A DNA stretch of 64,000 nucleotides from Rhizophagus irregularis (Eukaryota): NCBI RefSeq assembly GCF_026210795.1, contig NC_089436.1:620001-684000 (forward strand), read 5' to 3'. The notes under the pieces are model-generated. The model ran no database searches. It was not told the DNA's origin and saw only the letters and a list, made by a program, of their open reading frames with translations. The translations under genes and the position numbers were made by a program. Positions within the stretch are counted from its first letter, which is position 1; each line of letters opens with the position of its first letter. Below are positions 37,150-49,835 of the stretch, one piece after another.

Positions 37150-38461
37150 CAGTGCCTGGAAAAAAGTCAGTAAGCACGTGATGTCGATCAATTTTAATGC
37201 GAATTTTTAAAATTAAATAATTCATAAATTACTACGCCAAATTTAATATCTTTTTTTTATTTGAAAGACAAAGCCTTCAACTTTTTATTAATACTTTGTT
37301 GGGTAACCTTTACTATTTATAACAGCAGAGATACGACGAGGCATGCTACTAATAAGATTTTGATATTTATCAGCTTCAATATTTGACCATTCCTCTTGAA
37401 GTATTTCCCATAAATTCTCCCTGTTTTTTGGTAATGGCTTATGTGCCCGCACCTGCCTTTCCAATTCATCCCATAAATGCTCTATAGGATTCAAATCTGG
37501 GCTCTGTGCGGGCCAAGGAAGGCTGTTTACTTCATTTTCTTCTTCCCAACTCTTAACCACCCTTGCAGTATGTATAGGGGCATTATCATCCTGAAAAATA
37601 AAATTTTCCTGATCGTCTAGATTATTAATAAATGGTAATAAATAATTTTCCAGTACATTCATATATACTGTGGCTGTTATTTTACCTTCTAATTTAACTA
37701 ATGGACCAAGATTGTTTTTTGAAAAACATCTCCAAACCATCACTCCTTGTTGACCTGACTTTACTGTAGGTATTAAACACTCAATATCATATTTTTCATG
37801 TGGCCTTCTCCAAACCAATCTCCTACCATTTCCTCTGAATAATTCAAATTTGGATTCGTCGCTCCAAATAACACTGTCCCACTCATTTATCCATAATTTT
37901 CGTTCTTTGGCCCAGTTGAGTCTTTTAATTCTATTTGTTTCAGTAACAAGAGGTTTTCTTACTCCTACTCGACTATAAAAACCTTGTTCATGAAGATAAT
38001 TAAGTAAAGTTTTTTTGCATACATGTGTGGAAGTAGAATCAACGAAATTCTCATGTAACTCCTGAAGGGTCATTTTCCTATCTTTTTTAAGAATTCTTAT
38101 TAAATGTCGGCCATCCCTTTCTGTCATTTTAGGCGGTCTTCCAGTCCTAGGAGGGAGTGTTTCATCACCACGTATCTTGTAAGTAGAAATAACCTTATGA
38201 ATGGTACAACTGGGACAATTTAATGCTTCAGCTATCTTTCGTTCACTTACTCCACATTTTCCAAGCTCCAATGACTTCTCCACGTTCAAAAATTGTAAGT
38301 TCTCTTCGTTTGCAAGACATAGTAGTTAAAGAAGGTTCTAAACAACGCATGGGAAAAAATTGGAGACAAATTTATAATAAAATGATCGACAAAACTGGTT
38401 TTAAAGTTAAACAAATAAATGATCTACAGTCACGTGCTTACTGACTTATTTCCAGGCACTG
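37150..38461 (-). mobile_element. Full-length Tc1/mariner (DD34E) DNA transposon, 1312 bp
   Basis: 32-bp TIRs CAGTGCCTGGAAAWAAGTCAGTAAGCACGTGA with one mismatch, TA target duplication on both sides, and an internal transposase. Confidence 0.97.
37288..38320 (-). pseudogene. Tc1 transposase with one frameshift near codon 21
   Basis: ATG 38320 gives MSCKRRELTIFERGEVIGAWK; one extra base in the T-run 38257-38260 breaks the join to CGVSERKIA. HTH, GRPPK, WSDE, FQDDNAP and WPAQSPDLNPIE are present, with 34 residues between the second D and the E. Confidence 0.85.
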
Positions 38462-39091
38462 TACACTGCGTAACTGCGCACTGTGACTATTATTTAAAAA
38501 TTCCATATATGTAATTATTCGGAAATTGGTAGATCATTAGAAAATTTTTTAATACTGTCTATTATGTCGGGATGATCTTTAATAAAAAATGAGATTTTCG
38601 TTGACATTTTTGATATACGAAATACACGCGGTTACTATTTATTAAATTTCTGAATTTTACTATGAAGATCATCACATATACAAAATTTATAGCTTTTATA
38701 ATATAACAAAAAACAGCCATAAAGTTGGTTTATCCCGAATTTTACCCCAAATACCCCACCATTTTAAACCAAGCTTATATTAGAAAAATCTTCATAAAAC
38801 TCCGGAATTTTACATTAAATCTTATTAATTTCCTAATTCATTTTCATAATGAATTTCTTTCGATTGTTTGATGAACCATTTTTTATGACAAATAATATTT
38901 AAATTCTAAAAGCTTAAGGGAACGGATGGTCTAAAAATAGCGGAGATTTTCTTAACATACGGTATAAGAATCCCAAAGGGTAGGAGTTAATGACAACTTT
39001 TTTTACACAATACCATTACAAAATTTTAACTTGAAAATTTTAACAACAGATGATTTCACGGAAAATAAAAATAAAAAAATCACATATAAAA

Positions 39092-40305
39092 ATGAAAAAT
39101 TATTCAATCTGGAGCATAATTTTTATAATTATTTCAATAATTAATATTATATCAGTATTACTTCTTATGATAGTAATAATAAAATCACCATCATATTTAA
39201 CAAAATGGACATTATTTCAATTATGTATAGCAGCATTAGGTTATAGCATATCAACATTACCTTCGATATTAATATATGGTGATAATTTATTGGAGAAAGC
39301 ATTTACATCAAATTTATGTATGATTCAATTTAGAGTTGCATCTTTTTTCTTTTATCCTTTAAATTTATTACCTATTGAATTATCATTTTATTTTTACGGA
39401 CTTTTAAAACCAAAGTTAGATTTAAATATAGAAAAAAAATGGTTTTGGACTTTAACTTCAATAACTTGGATTCTTTCTTTATTTTATAATTCTTTAATAT
39501 TAATTATTACTCGTAATGATGAGAATGGAGGTATTATAGCAACAAGATTTTATTGTGAAGCTTACAAGGTAACAAATAATTGGAATCATTTTTGGGTTTA
39601 TCAATTTATTGTATCTATTTTTTTAGTTGCCACAATAATTTCACGTGAGTTTTTCAAATATATATAAATATTTTTTTTTTTCGCGAATTCTTCTTTGAAT
39701 CTTTCTTTATTAATTTTATAAATCTTCATTATTAGTCTTTTCGATAATTATATTATATCGAAAATGGAAAATATTTAATAATAATCAAAATAGAAGGACG
39801 GCTATTAAATTGGGTTATGCAGTACGTTTATTTATTTATATAATTATATATACTGCATTATTAGGATGTTATATTATTTCGGATATAATAAAACAATTAA
39901 GAATTGGTAATAAAGAATTAACTAATTACGCTGAAGATAGTTATTGTTTTGGTGATTTTACATCTGCAATTGCGTGAGTATTACATGTATAATAAACCTT
40001 TCCTCTTTTATTTAGATTGGGACTGAATTACTTAATTTGTACTTTTTCTTTTCTTTTCTAGTGGAATAATTTTATTACTAATATTTGGAGGAAATCGTAC
40101 GGCGGCAATATGTTTACCGTGTTGTTATTATGTTCCACCACATAAAGCTTATCAACCTTTTGTTCCTCCGTCATTTACTCCTCCACAAACTGATATGTTC
40201 GAAATTATTGTAAATGATAATAATAATAATGTTAATGTTAATGTTAATGAATATATTGAAAATTCTGAAATTACATTAGATTTAGATTTTCCCAGAGAAA
40301 ATTGA
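39092..40305 (+). CDS. 7TM GPCR-like membrane protein; exons 39092(or 39050)-39644, 39736-39973, 40062-40305
   Basis: Seven hydrophobic segments after splicing, Cys at the top of TM3 (LCMIQ) and in ECL2 (FYCEA). Paralog of 54933-56170. Confidence 0.75.
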
Positions 40306-40812
40306 AAATCTATTACTAATGCTTATAACCGCAGTGCATGCAGTGGAGGGAAGATGAAAATTTGGCGCAAATGGCGCAGAACGCGTATTAATAATGAGTA
40401 ATAGTTTGTACAACTACAAAAAATTTAAGTTTTTTCCATATATGTTCTATACAAGATTGATCTATGATATCATTCGTCATTTATTGGTGACAAAGTTTTT
40501 TCTATTTATCCGTTTCCGTTCGAATTTCTCGGTTAAAAATTCATTGTTTATAAGAAAAAATTGATTCTTATATTCTCATAAAATGTATTGTTGTATTGTT
40601 TTGCATGTATTTTGAAAATCAAATACAATTAAAATTGGTTAAATACGCGTGATTATAAAAAAAATTTGATTTTATATTTGAATGTAATTTTTTAAAAAAA
40701 AAATTGAAATATATATATAAAGGGAACCGAATTTTGGTTTTTTTTTTTTAAAAAAAAAAAAGAAAAGAAAACAAAAACAAAAAAAAAAGCAAAAAAAAAG
40801 CATCATTTTACA

Positions 40813-42225
40813 ATGATCTCTTCAAACCCTAATCGTATCTATGATTCAAATTTACAAGATAAATCATCCCACGATTGTATCATTGATAAATCTAATCCTA
40901 TTAATAATATATCAAATGATATTATACAAATAAATTTATTTGATCCAGTTGTAATAATTCGTGGAAATGTAAATGAATCAGTTGGATCATTATTAAGAGG
41001 TGAAATCATATTAACTTTAAATAAACCAATGAAAATTGGTTCTATTGAATTGAAATTTATTGGAAGAACTAAAATTGTTCGTCCAAATGGTGGTAAGTAT
41101 CATTATTATTATTATCTTTTTTTTTTTACCCTACAAATTTTTTTTTAATAAAATTATATTCTCGAATTTTCTTTGTTTCTTTTAGCATTCGGAACAATAG
41201 ACAAATATAAAGAAGAGATTATTTCACAAAATATAAATTTATTGAGTCATTCAACATCTAATACTACTATTACATCAACATCCTCTTCTTCATCTACCTT
41301 TCCGATTAAAATCTTTTCCAAACCATTATTCTCATCCCCAAGCGTTAAGGAACGTTATTATACATTCTCATCGGGAACACATAAATTATCATTCGAAATT
41401 CATTTACCAGGATCATTACCGGGGTCGGTTAAATCAGATTCAGGATCAGTAAAATATAAATTAAAATTTAAGATTGATTATATAACAACATTATATTTGA
41501 AAACTCTTTCATCGACTCGTGAAGTTGAAATAATAAGAATGTTAACAGATTATATTAATTATAGTGGTATAGAAATATCCAGAAGTTATGATAAAATTAT
41601 AGATTATCAATTATCAATACCAAAAAAATCCTACACTCTTGATGATATTATTCCTATTAATATTAAAATAATACCTTTAATTAAACAATTTAGATTACAT
41701 TCAATAGAATGTTTCTTATTACAGAAAATTACTTATATGAAAGATGATGATCATACTGAAACTATTAAGAATTCAAATTATAATAATATTATTCGTTTTA
41801 ATGAACATTATGATAAAATTTATGAAACAAATATGAATTTTGAATTAAATAAATGTAGGGATATTATTATACATCATAGTGTAGATACTCCATTAATTAG
41901 AATTAAGCATGAATTAAGATTTTGTTTATTAGTAAGTATTACAAAAAGTGATTATGGTATTAAAAGTAAATTATATTTTAATATAGGAATTAATTTATTA
42001 AGTCGTTTGGTTAGAAATGATGATGTTTTATTACCGAATTATGATGATGTTAGTTTTTATTGTCCTTGTCATCCTGAATATCAAAGAATCGCTGAATTGA
42101 TTCTTGGGAATTCTTATAATAATAATAATAATATAGATGATGAGAGGTCATGTGATGGGTTAACATGTAATTTTTGTAATCTTTCAAATAATAACAAACC
42201 ACCACGATATAGTAAGACGATATAG
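40813..42225 (+). CDS. Alpha-arrestin (arrestin N and C domains); exons 40813-41092, 41186-42225
   Basis: LRGEIILTLNKPMKIGSIELKFIG, GTHKLSFEIHLPGSLPGS..GSVKYKL and IRIKHELRF; PY motifs LPNY and PPRY. Confidence 0.9.
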
Positions 42226-42605
42226 TAAATATTTTTATAAAAGAAAAAAAAAACACTTATTTTATTTTTATTTTTTATAATATTTTAATTGTATATAAAT
42301 TGGTTTACATTATCATTAATTATATATTTTTTTTTCGGCTAAATCTAGTGTTTTTTTTATCTTTTTTTTAAAAACCCATTAATAATCTAATCCTGCTATC
42401 GAACCAAAAAAATTTTAAAGATACATTATTAAAAAAATTTGTGTAAATAGAAAAAGTAAAAAAAAATAAATAATAAATTAAAAATATAAAAAAGAAAAGA
42501 CAGTTTTAAATAACAATATTATAATATTATATATATTTTTTTTTCCTTAAGCATTTTAATTGGAACTTAGATTATCATTATTAAAATTTAGATATGATGG
42601 TAGAT

Positions 42606-45600
42606 TTATTTTTTTTCCTTTTTCAATTTCTCTAATCCTTGTTGATAAATGGAAGGTCCAATTATAGAACTAACTTTCGATGAAGTTTTGGTTACTTCCG
42701 GTTCAGTAAAACTTTCTTTCGTTTCAGTATTGCTTTCTATTACATTTCCTTTTGTGTCTTTCTTGGTAGTTGTCACTTTAGTAATTGTTTTTCCATTTTC
42801 ATCGGTTTCTATTTCTGTTGTAGTTTCTGTTACAATTCCATTCACATCCGTCTGGCTCATAGTGTTAGTTCTTGTTTGTTTTCTCTTTGGCGTTTTTGAA
42901 CTACTAGTTTTAGCATCACCGCTAGTTGTGACAATTGTTTCTCCCGGATTTGATCTTGACGTTTGAGTATTGGATTCTAATTCATTACCCTTTTGATCTT
43001 TTTTGGTGGTTACAACTGTAGTAGTTGTTGATCCATCATCTTCGATTACTTCTGTCGTTGTAGTTACAGTCATAATTCCATGCTCATCTGTTTCATTTTT
43101 GGTGAAAGTTCTTGTTTGTTTCCTCCTTGGATCATTATTGTAAGAAACTGTTCTTGTTGTTGTTTCATCACCTGTGATATATGTTTCTTCCGGTTCAGTA
43201 ACAAATTCGGTAACACCATACATTGTTTCAGTATTGGTTTCTAACACTTTACCACTTGAATCTTTTTTGGTGGTGGTCACTTTAGTAATTGTATTGCCAT
43301 TTTCATCGGTCTCTGTTTCTGTTACAGTCACTGTTACAATTCCATTCTCATCCGTCTCAGTACTAGTTTCAGTATTTACTTGTTTTCCCTTTTGCGTTTT
43401 TGAACTACCAGTTTTAACATCTCTTGTTTTTTCTGTATATGTCTTTGTATCGGTATCAATTACTTTACCGTTTGGATCTTTTTTGGTGATGATCACTTTA
43501 ACTGTTGTTATTCCATTTATTCCATTTCCATCGGGCGTTCTTTCTGTTACAGTTTCTGTTACAATTCCATTCTTATCTGTATCAGTCATAGTTTCAATAG
43601 TAGTTTGTATTTCTATTTGCCTTGTTGAACTACCAGTTTTAACATCACTTGTTTTTTCTGTATATGTCTCTGTATTGGTATCTATTACTTTACCGCTTGG
43701 ATCTTTTTTGGTGGTGATCACTTTAACAGTTGTTATTCCATTTATTCCATTTCCATCGGGCGTTCTTTCTGTTACAGTTTCTGTTACAATTCCATTCTCA
43801 TCTGTCTCAATCATAGTTTCAATAGTAGTTTGTATTTCTATATTCCTTGTTGAACTACCAGTTTTAACATCACTTGTTTTTTCTGTATATGTCCTTGTAT
43901 CGGTATCTATTACTTTACCGCTTGGATCTTTTTTGGTGGTGGTCACTTTAACAGTTGTTATTCCATTTATTCCATTTCCATCGGGCGTTCTTTCTGTTAC
44001 AGTTTCTGTTATGATTCCATTCTCATCTGTCTCAATCATAGTTTCAATAGTAGTTTGTATTTCCCTTTGCGTTGTTGGACTACCAGTTTTAACATCGCTT
44101 GTTTTTTCTGTATATGTCCTTGTATCGGTATCTATTACTTTACCGCTTGGATCTTTTTTGGTGGTGGTCACTTTAACAGTTGTTATTCCATTTATTCCAT
44201 TTCCATCGGGCGTTCTTTCTGTTACAGTTTCTGTTATGATTCCATTCTCATCTGTCTCAATCATAGTTTCAATAGTAGTTTGTATTTCAGTAATATTTTC
44301 TATTTCCTCAACGGTAGTACTTGGTGATGATGTAATAACAATATAATCAACTTGACTTTTGCCTTTACTACCAGTAGTAGATTTGGTGGTAATGTATTGT
44401 TTATCATCACTTGTTGTTGTAGTATTAGGTGCGGTGGTAGTTTTAGTCGTTACAGTTCTAACTATTGTGATATATTCTTCACCATTAATTTTAGTAATGT
44501 ATTCTTCATCATTAGTTGCTCTGGTAACATATTCTTCATTACCAATTTTAGTAATATATTTTCCATCAATATAAATGGTAATATATTCTTTACCAGTATC
44601 TGTTTTAGTAATATGTTTATCTCCATCAGGTGTTGATGTTTTTGTGGTGGTAGTTTTAATAGTATCAACTGGTTTATCTTTTTCTTTATCATCATCTAAA
44701 TAGATAATACTATATCTTACTGTTGGTCCATCTGCAGCTGTAACTCCAGAAATTGCTGCTCCGGTAGCAATATTTATTTTATCAGTTTTGTTGTTGTTCT
44801 TTGGAGCGGGGCCAAGACCATAATATACTGGAATACCTGCTCCATATGAATATCCACCTCCACCACCTGTTGATGTATTTGGTGTATCATCATCATCTTT
44901 CTTTGTTGCTTCAAGGTACTTTCGAGCATTATCATAATTTTCTACTGTACTATCTCTAATTGTACTATCAATATTGTTTCTAGGTTTAGTCTTCGTTCCT
45001 GTAGTTTCTTTTTCTTCTGTTGTTTCTATTGGTTCCTTGATTTCTTCGGTTACTTCGGTTTCTTTAGTTTTTTTATCGGGTTTTCCAACATCAGATAGAA
45101 CAGTAGGATCTTTTGGTTTCTTACCAAAATTAAGTATTCCGGGAAGTCCCGGTTTCTTAGGACTCTTACTATCATCTTTATCAGTTGGTGATGGTTTTGT
45201 TGGTTTTTCTGATGTAGAATCAGCTGGTTTAGGTTTATCTTTACCAGTGGGAATATTTCCAAAAGTATTTGGATTATCTCTATCATGAGGTTCACCATCT
45301 TGAGGTCCACCATCTTGAGGTCCATCTTGAGTTCTTGGTAAATTATGTGTAGTAGTTGTTTTATTAGCATCAGGAGCAAAACCATCATCTTTCTCATCAC
45401 TTGAATCATCATCACTACTACTACTGCTAGTGCTAATAGCATCAAGAGGTTTTTCACCTTGAGATCCTGTTGGTCCTTTACCATAACAACATGAGGAACA
45501 TAATATAGAAATGGATTTCAATACTATAACCATTAAACATGATGATAATACGAGAATTGGTACAATAGCTGGTTTAACATGAGAACCTATATATACAGAA

Positions 45601-48600
45601 TAAATAATTAATTGAGGTAAATCTTCAAAGAATACTACAGCTCCTGTTGCAAATAGAATTGATTTTCTTCCTTCTTCTGAAACTGGTGCACTCAAACTTT
45701 CTACACCACCAACTCCTGATGATACAACTTGTAATGCATCCGTATCAAGGTATGATGCTGTTTTAAATGTATTTGCTATTCCACGATGATTTTTCCACCA
45801 ATTATTAAATTCTTTACGATTTCTAGCATTTTCTCTTTTAATTAAATTTCTTGTTAACATGAAATTTAGAACTATTGGTAATACAAAAAATAAAACACTA
45901 TAAATAAAAGAACAAATGATTATATCGTTAGAAAAGGTTATGATGTAAAAGAAATATATATATATATATATATAATTTTTCTTACGTTGTTGGGAGAACC
46001 CATTTGAAATCTCTTCCGTGAAGTGACATGAATGCAATATCAAAAGCTATATCAATTGGGATCAAAGCAGATAAGAAAATTGGCAAAAAGTTATTTGCTC
46101 CTTTTTTACATCTCAAACGAGCAAAAATAAATAATAAAGTCAATATAAGGAATAAGAGAAGGGCTGCAAGAAGGAATCCCCAATATTTTCTCCAAAGTTT
46201 TTCAGTTCGAGGAGCTCCATTTGATGCGTCAAGAAGACTGGCACTATTACCATTTGCTAATGAATTAATACCTCTATTTTTAACATCATCATCTAAATCT
46301 TGTACAAGTTTTTCTGAACTAACTTGATTAGCTTCTGTTGTTTTCTTAATATCAACTCTCATTATAACTTGATCTTCTTTTGTATGACCATCATATTGAT
46401 AACCTACAGTTGATAAACGGGTTCGTTCACATGAAATTGCACTAGCTAATTCATCACTCATTGTATCTGCAAACGCTTCTCTATCTTTTGAAGAAAGTTT
46501 TGTATAATAAGACGTTCCTTCGGTTGATAATCGGATAATTGCACTTTCGTCTTCTGTTGAAGAAGAAAAAAAAAATCTTTAATATTTGACAAGAAAAAAA
46601 AATATCTCGAATTTCGTATTATAAATTCAAAAAAACTTGCCTCCTTCTTGATATGTAAAAGGTGTTGCTGATTCTGAAAAAAAAAAAAAAATTTTTTTTT
46701 TGTTGTTAATATATTATGTTGACGACGTAAAAAAAAATCATATAACATTTTATAATATATATTACTTACTTGTAGTAAAATTCCAAATTTGTGGTCTAAT
46801 ACCAATAACATTTTGTCCATTTGATTGTTCCTTTACAAAATCATTATCAACTTGAACATAATAAGGTGCATTGAAAGCATCTATAGCACCATATAATACA
46901 CTAAATGTAACGGCAGTACCATTTTCGAATGTAACAAATTCTCCATTTGTTGATGAAACAGATTGTTTTAAAACTACACTATTTCCATTAACTTGATAAA
47001 CGCTAACGTTTCCTGTTGAACTAGCTATAGGTACCGTATATAAAATGGTAAATTTTTGTTCTGATGCTGTGTCCAAAGAAATTTCAGCACCTTTTGATGG
47101 AGTTGTGTTAGATATTTTTGAACTTCCATATCCTCCTGGTCCTCCTGGTGATTTAGAAGTTCCACCTTCAACTATAAAAATAAAAGGTAAAGGAAAAAAA
47201 AAAATTTTTTTTTTAATATATCTTACATATTTATATATAAAAATATATATAATTTTTTTTAAAAAAAAAATTACTTACTTGAAGAGAAACTCGTAAATGA
47301 ATCAGATGATTCAATTGTAATGGCTCCACCATTATTTTCATTAGTTCCAACATTTGAAGCATCTTTTGGAATAGCGACAATAGTGTTATTAGGAAGTACG
47401 ATTCCAGAAGTGTAAAATCCTAGAGGAAGATCCCAAGTTCCACCATAATTTCCTTTATTATCAATAATATATGTAATTACGTCCCCACTAGTTCTATCTG
47501 TTGTAAAAATAGCATAGCCACCATAATTTAATGGTTTGATATCCGTAATAACCTTATTATTCGTATATGAAGAAAGATCTAATACTGTTGTAGTAGCATT
47601 TCCATTACTTAAGAAATCAATTTCGGTATATGTTGCTTGATTTGCATTATTTGTTGTTTGAATAACACAACTGTAGCCAGATGATTGATATGCTATATTA
47701 CATACGAGTATTTGTATACTAGTTGCCGTATTATCTTGATAAATTGTAAAAGGTCCTCTAACTGATTGTGAATAATCTTTTTGTATAAATGTAGTAAATA
47801 CTGATCCACCATTGCTTGTTGTTACACAATATCCACCATCTTCCGTTGAGAACCCGTTTACAAGTTCCGTGTTAAATGTTTCTACAGTAGTTATTGTTTT
47901 AGATGAAATTACTGATACTGCACCATTTCTATCTCTAAAAAAAAAAAGTTAAATTATATTATATTAATTAAACGAGTTAAATAAAAAGAAATGATACATT
48001 TATATTATTAATTCAACTTACGGAGATCCATAAATAACCCCAAAGACTTCTTTACTTGCGTATTTATTACACATGTATAAAAATCCTTTACCATAAGAGT
48101 TTTCAACAATTTGACCATCATTACATGAACTCTCGAACGTAACAGTACTGTATTAAATAAATAAATATATATATATATATTAAATAAAATAAGAACGTGT
48201 GATGGAATAATTATTTACATACCTTCTTTCAAAACCTTTCCAATCAATCACACTACCACAAGTATCACCATTTGATGAAGGGTTACAAAGATATGTAACC
48301 AAAATAAATCCTTCCGTGATCGCATGAATTTTGATTTTATCCGTCATAAGTAAACTACATTCTGGTACATCAGGATAACTAGTACAAAAACCAGTTAAAC
48401 ATCTTGCAGCTTGTGGATTTTGATTGCATACATCACATCCTGAAGCGTTTTTATTATAAGTACAATCATTACATCCAGGTAAAAATGGATTACTAGCACA
48501 ATTCGGTATACACTCGGGAGCTCTTGGATATATGGTACAATCAAATTTTTTACCATTACATCCTACCGTTTTTGCAGTAGCACCAGCACAATTGGGAAGA

Positions 48601-49523
48601 TTTGCACAACCTGCGGCAGAAGGATTTTTACCACAATCTGGAGCATTTACACAATTTGGACCATATGGATTTGTTGTTGTACAATCAAGTGGTGCACTTG
48701 ATGGATTAGCCGAAGGAGAAGTTGAAGGAGTAGCAGGAGTAGGAGTAACTGGAGGAGGAACACCACCACATTCGGGACTTGTTGGATAAGTTTGACAATT
48801 TAATTTCCCATTATCACATCCGTCAGCACCGGGAGTCTTTCCGCAATTTGGAACATTAGCACATCCCGGAGGTGGATTTGCAGATCCACAATCAACTTTA
48901 CAACCGGGACCATAAGGATTATCATCGCAAGGAGATTTTGGAACAGCTTTACAACCACCAGCTTTTTCACAAATATCTTTACAACCTTCAAGATTAGGAT
49001 TTTGACTACAAGAATTTTCAGCAGATTTTGGATCTTTACATTTATCAGGATATTTAGAACAACATTCAAAAGTAGTTGCTTTAGCACCATCACATTCAGG
49101 ATGTCTTTTAACAAGATGAATATTTGCTGACATTGAAAAAGTTTGATGCCTTTTAGTCAAAGTTGATTTTGAAATTGAACAAAAATTATCAGCAGGAATA
49201 GAATGTTTTTCAACATTCAAAGATTTTGAAGTTCCATCAGGTTCGATTACATTAAACCATAAATTTTGTACATTACAATTTATGTTAGGTTCTTGTTTTG
49301 TTAATCTTAATAATATAGTACCATCCAGATAACTAGTACTTTGAATTACTTTAAGATCACTTTCAGTATTAAGAGTTAAAGGTTGTTGAGCAAAAGTGAA
49401 CTGAGGTAAAAAAATTGTAATAAAACAAATATAAAATAATATCATTATAATAGGTCTATTTTCATTTAAAAAAAGTCCAAAAGAAACTCGTTCTTCTATC
49501 CTAAACTTATTTCGTTTCAACAT
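42606..49523 (-). CDS. Large (~2125 aa) membrane protein: signal/anchor, Cys-rich repeats, beta-rich ectodomain, multi-TM region, Thr-rich repeat tail; exons 49523-48223, 48147-48022, 47934-47279, 47171-46770, 46673-46641, 46553-45986, 45897-42606
   Basis: All junctions are frame-consistent and the exons sum to 6378 nt. Hydrophobic N-terminal segment ending FTFA-QQ; TM segments at YWGFLLAALLL.., FLPIFLSAL.., VLFFVLPIVL.., FEDLPQLIIY.. and IVPILVLSSC. Confidence 0.8.
43390..44290 (-). repeat. Coding tandem repeat, 225 bp (75 aa) x4, with more diverged copies towards 42700
   Basis: TCGGGCGTTC recurs at 225-bp spacing. Unit EIQTTIETMIETDENGIITETVTERTPDGNGINGITTVKVTTTKKDPSGKVIDTDTRTYTEKTSDVKTGS. 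Confidence 0.95.
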
Positions 49524-49770
49524 ATTTTTTTAATAATATTTTTCTCAAAAAAGAAAAAAAATATTATTATTATTTAAATATTTAGGGTAAAAATGAACAA
49601 GAGGAGGAAAAAAAAAAATTAGAAAAAAAGAGTAACTTAATGGACTTAGAGAAAATCCAAAAATTTTTTTTTGCTAATGAATAAATAAATGTGAAAAAAA
49701 AAAAAAAGTTATGCACAAAAATGGACACAAAGGAGCTGGTTAGATACAAAAAACTCCAAAACGTATAAAA

Positions 49771-49773
<3 letters not shown>

Positions 49774-49820
<47 letters not shown>

Positions 49821-49835
49821 CTTTTTTTTTTTTTT
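49774..49835. repeat. Poly-T tract (~60 nt) upstream of the large membrane protein gene
   Basis: Directly visible. Confidence 0.9.

Noticed and set aside
37288..38289. Intact 333-aa transposase as listed in the ORF track
   Set aside because: It starts at a non-ATG codon in the wrong N-terminal frame; the real start is 38320, upstream of a frameshift.
43174..44346. 390-aa plus-strand ORF (also 42649-42966 and similar)
   Set aside because: Antisense shadow of the Thr-rich coding repeat.
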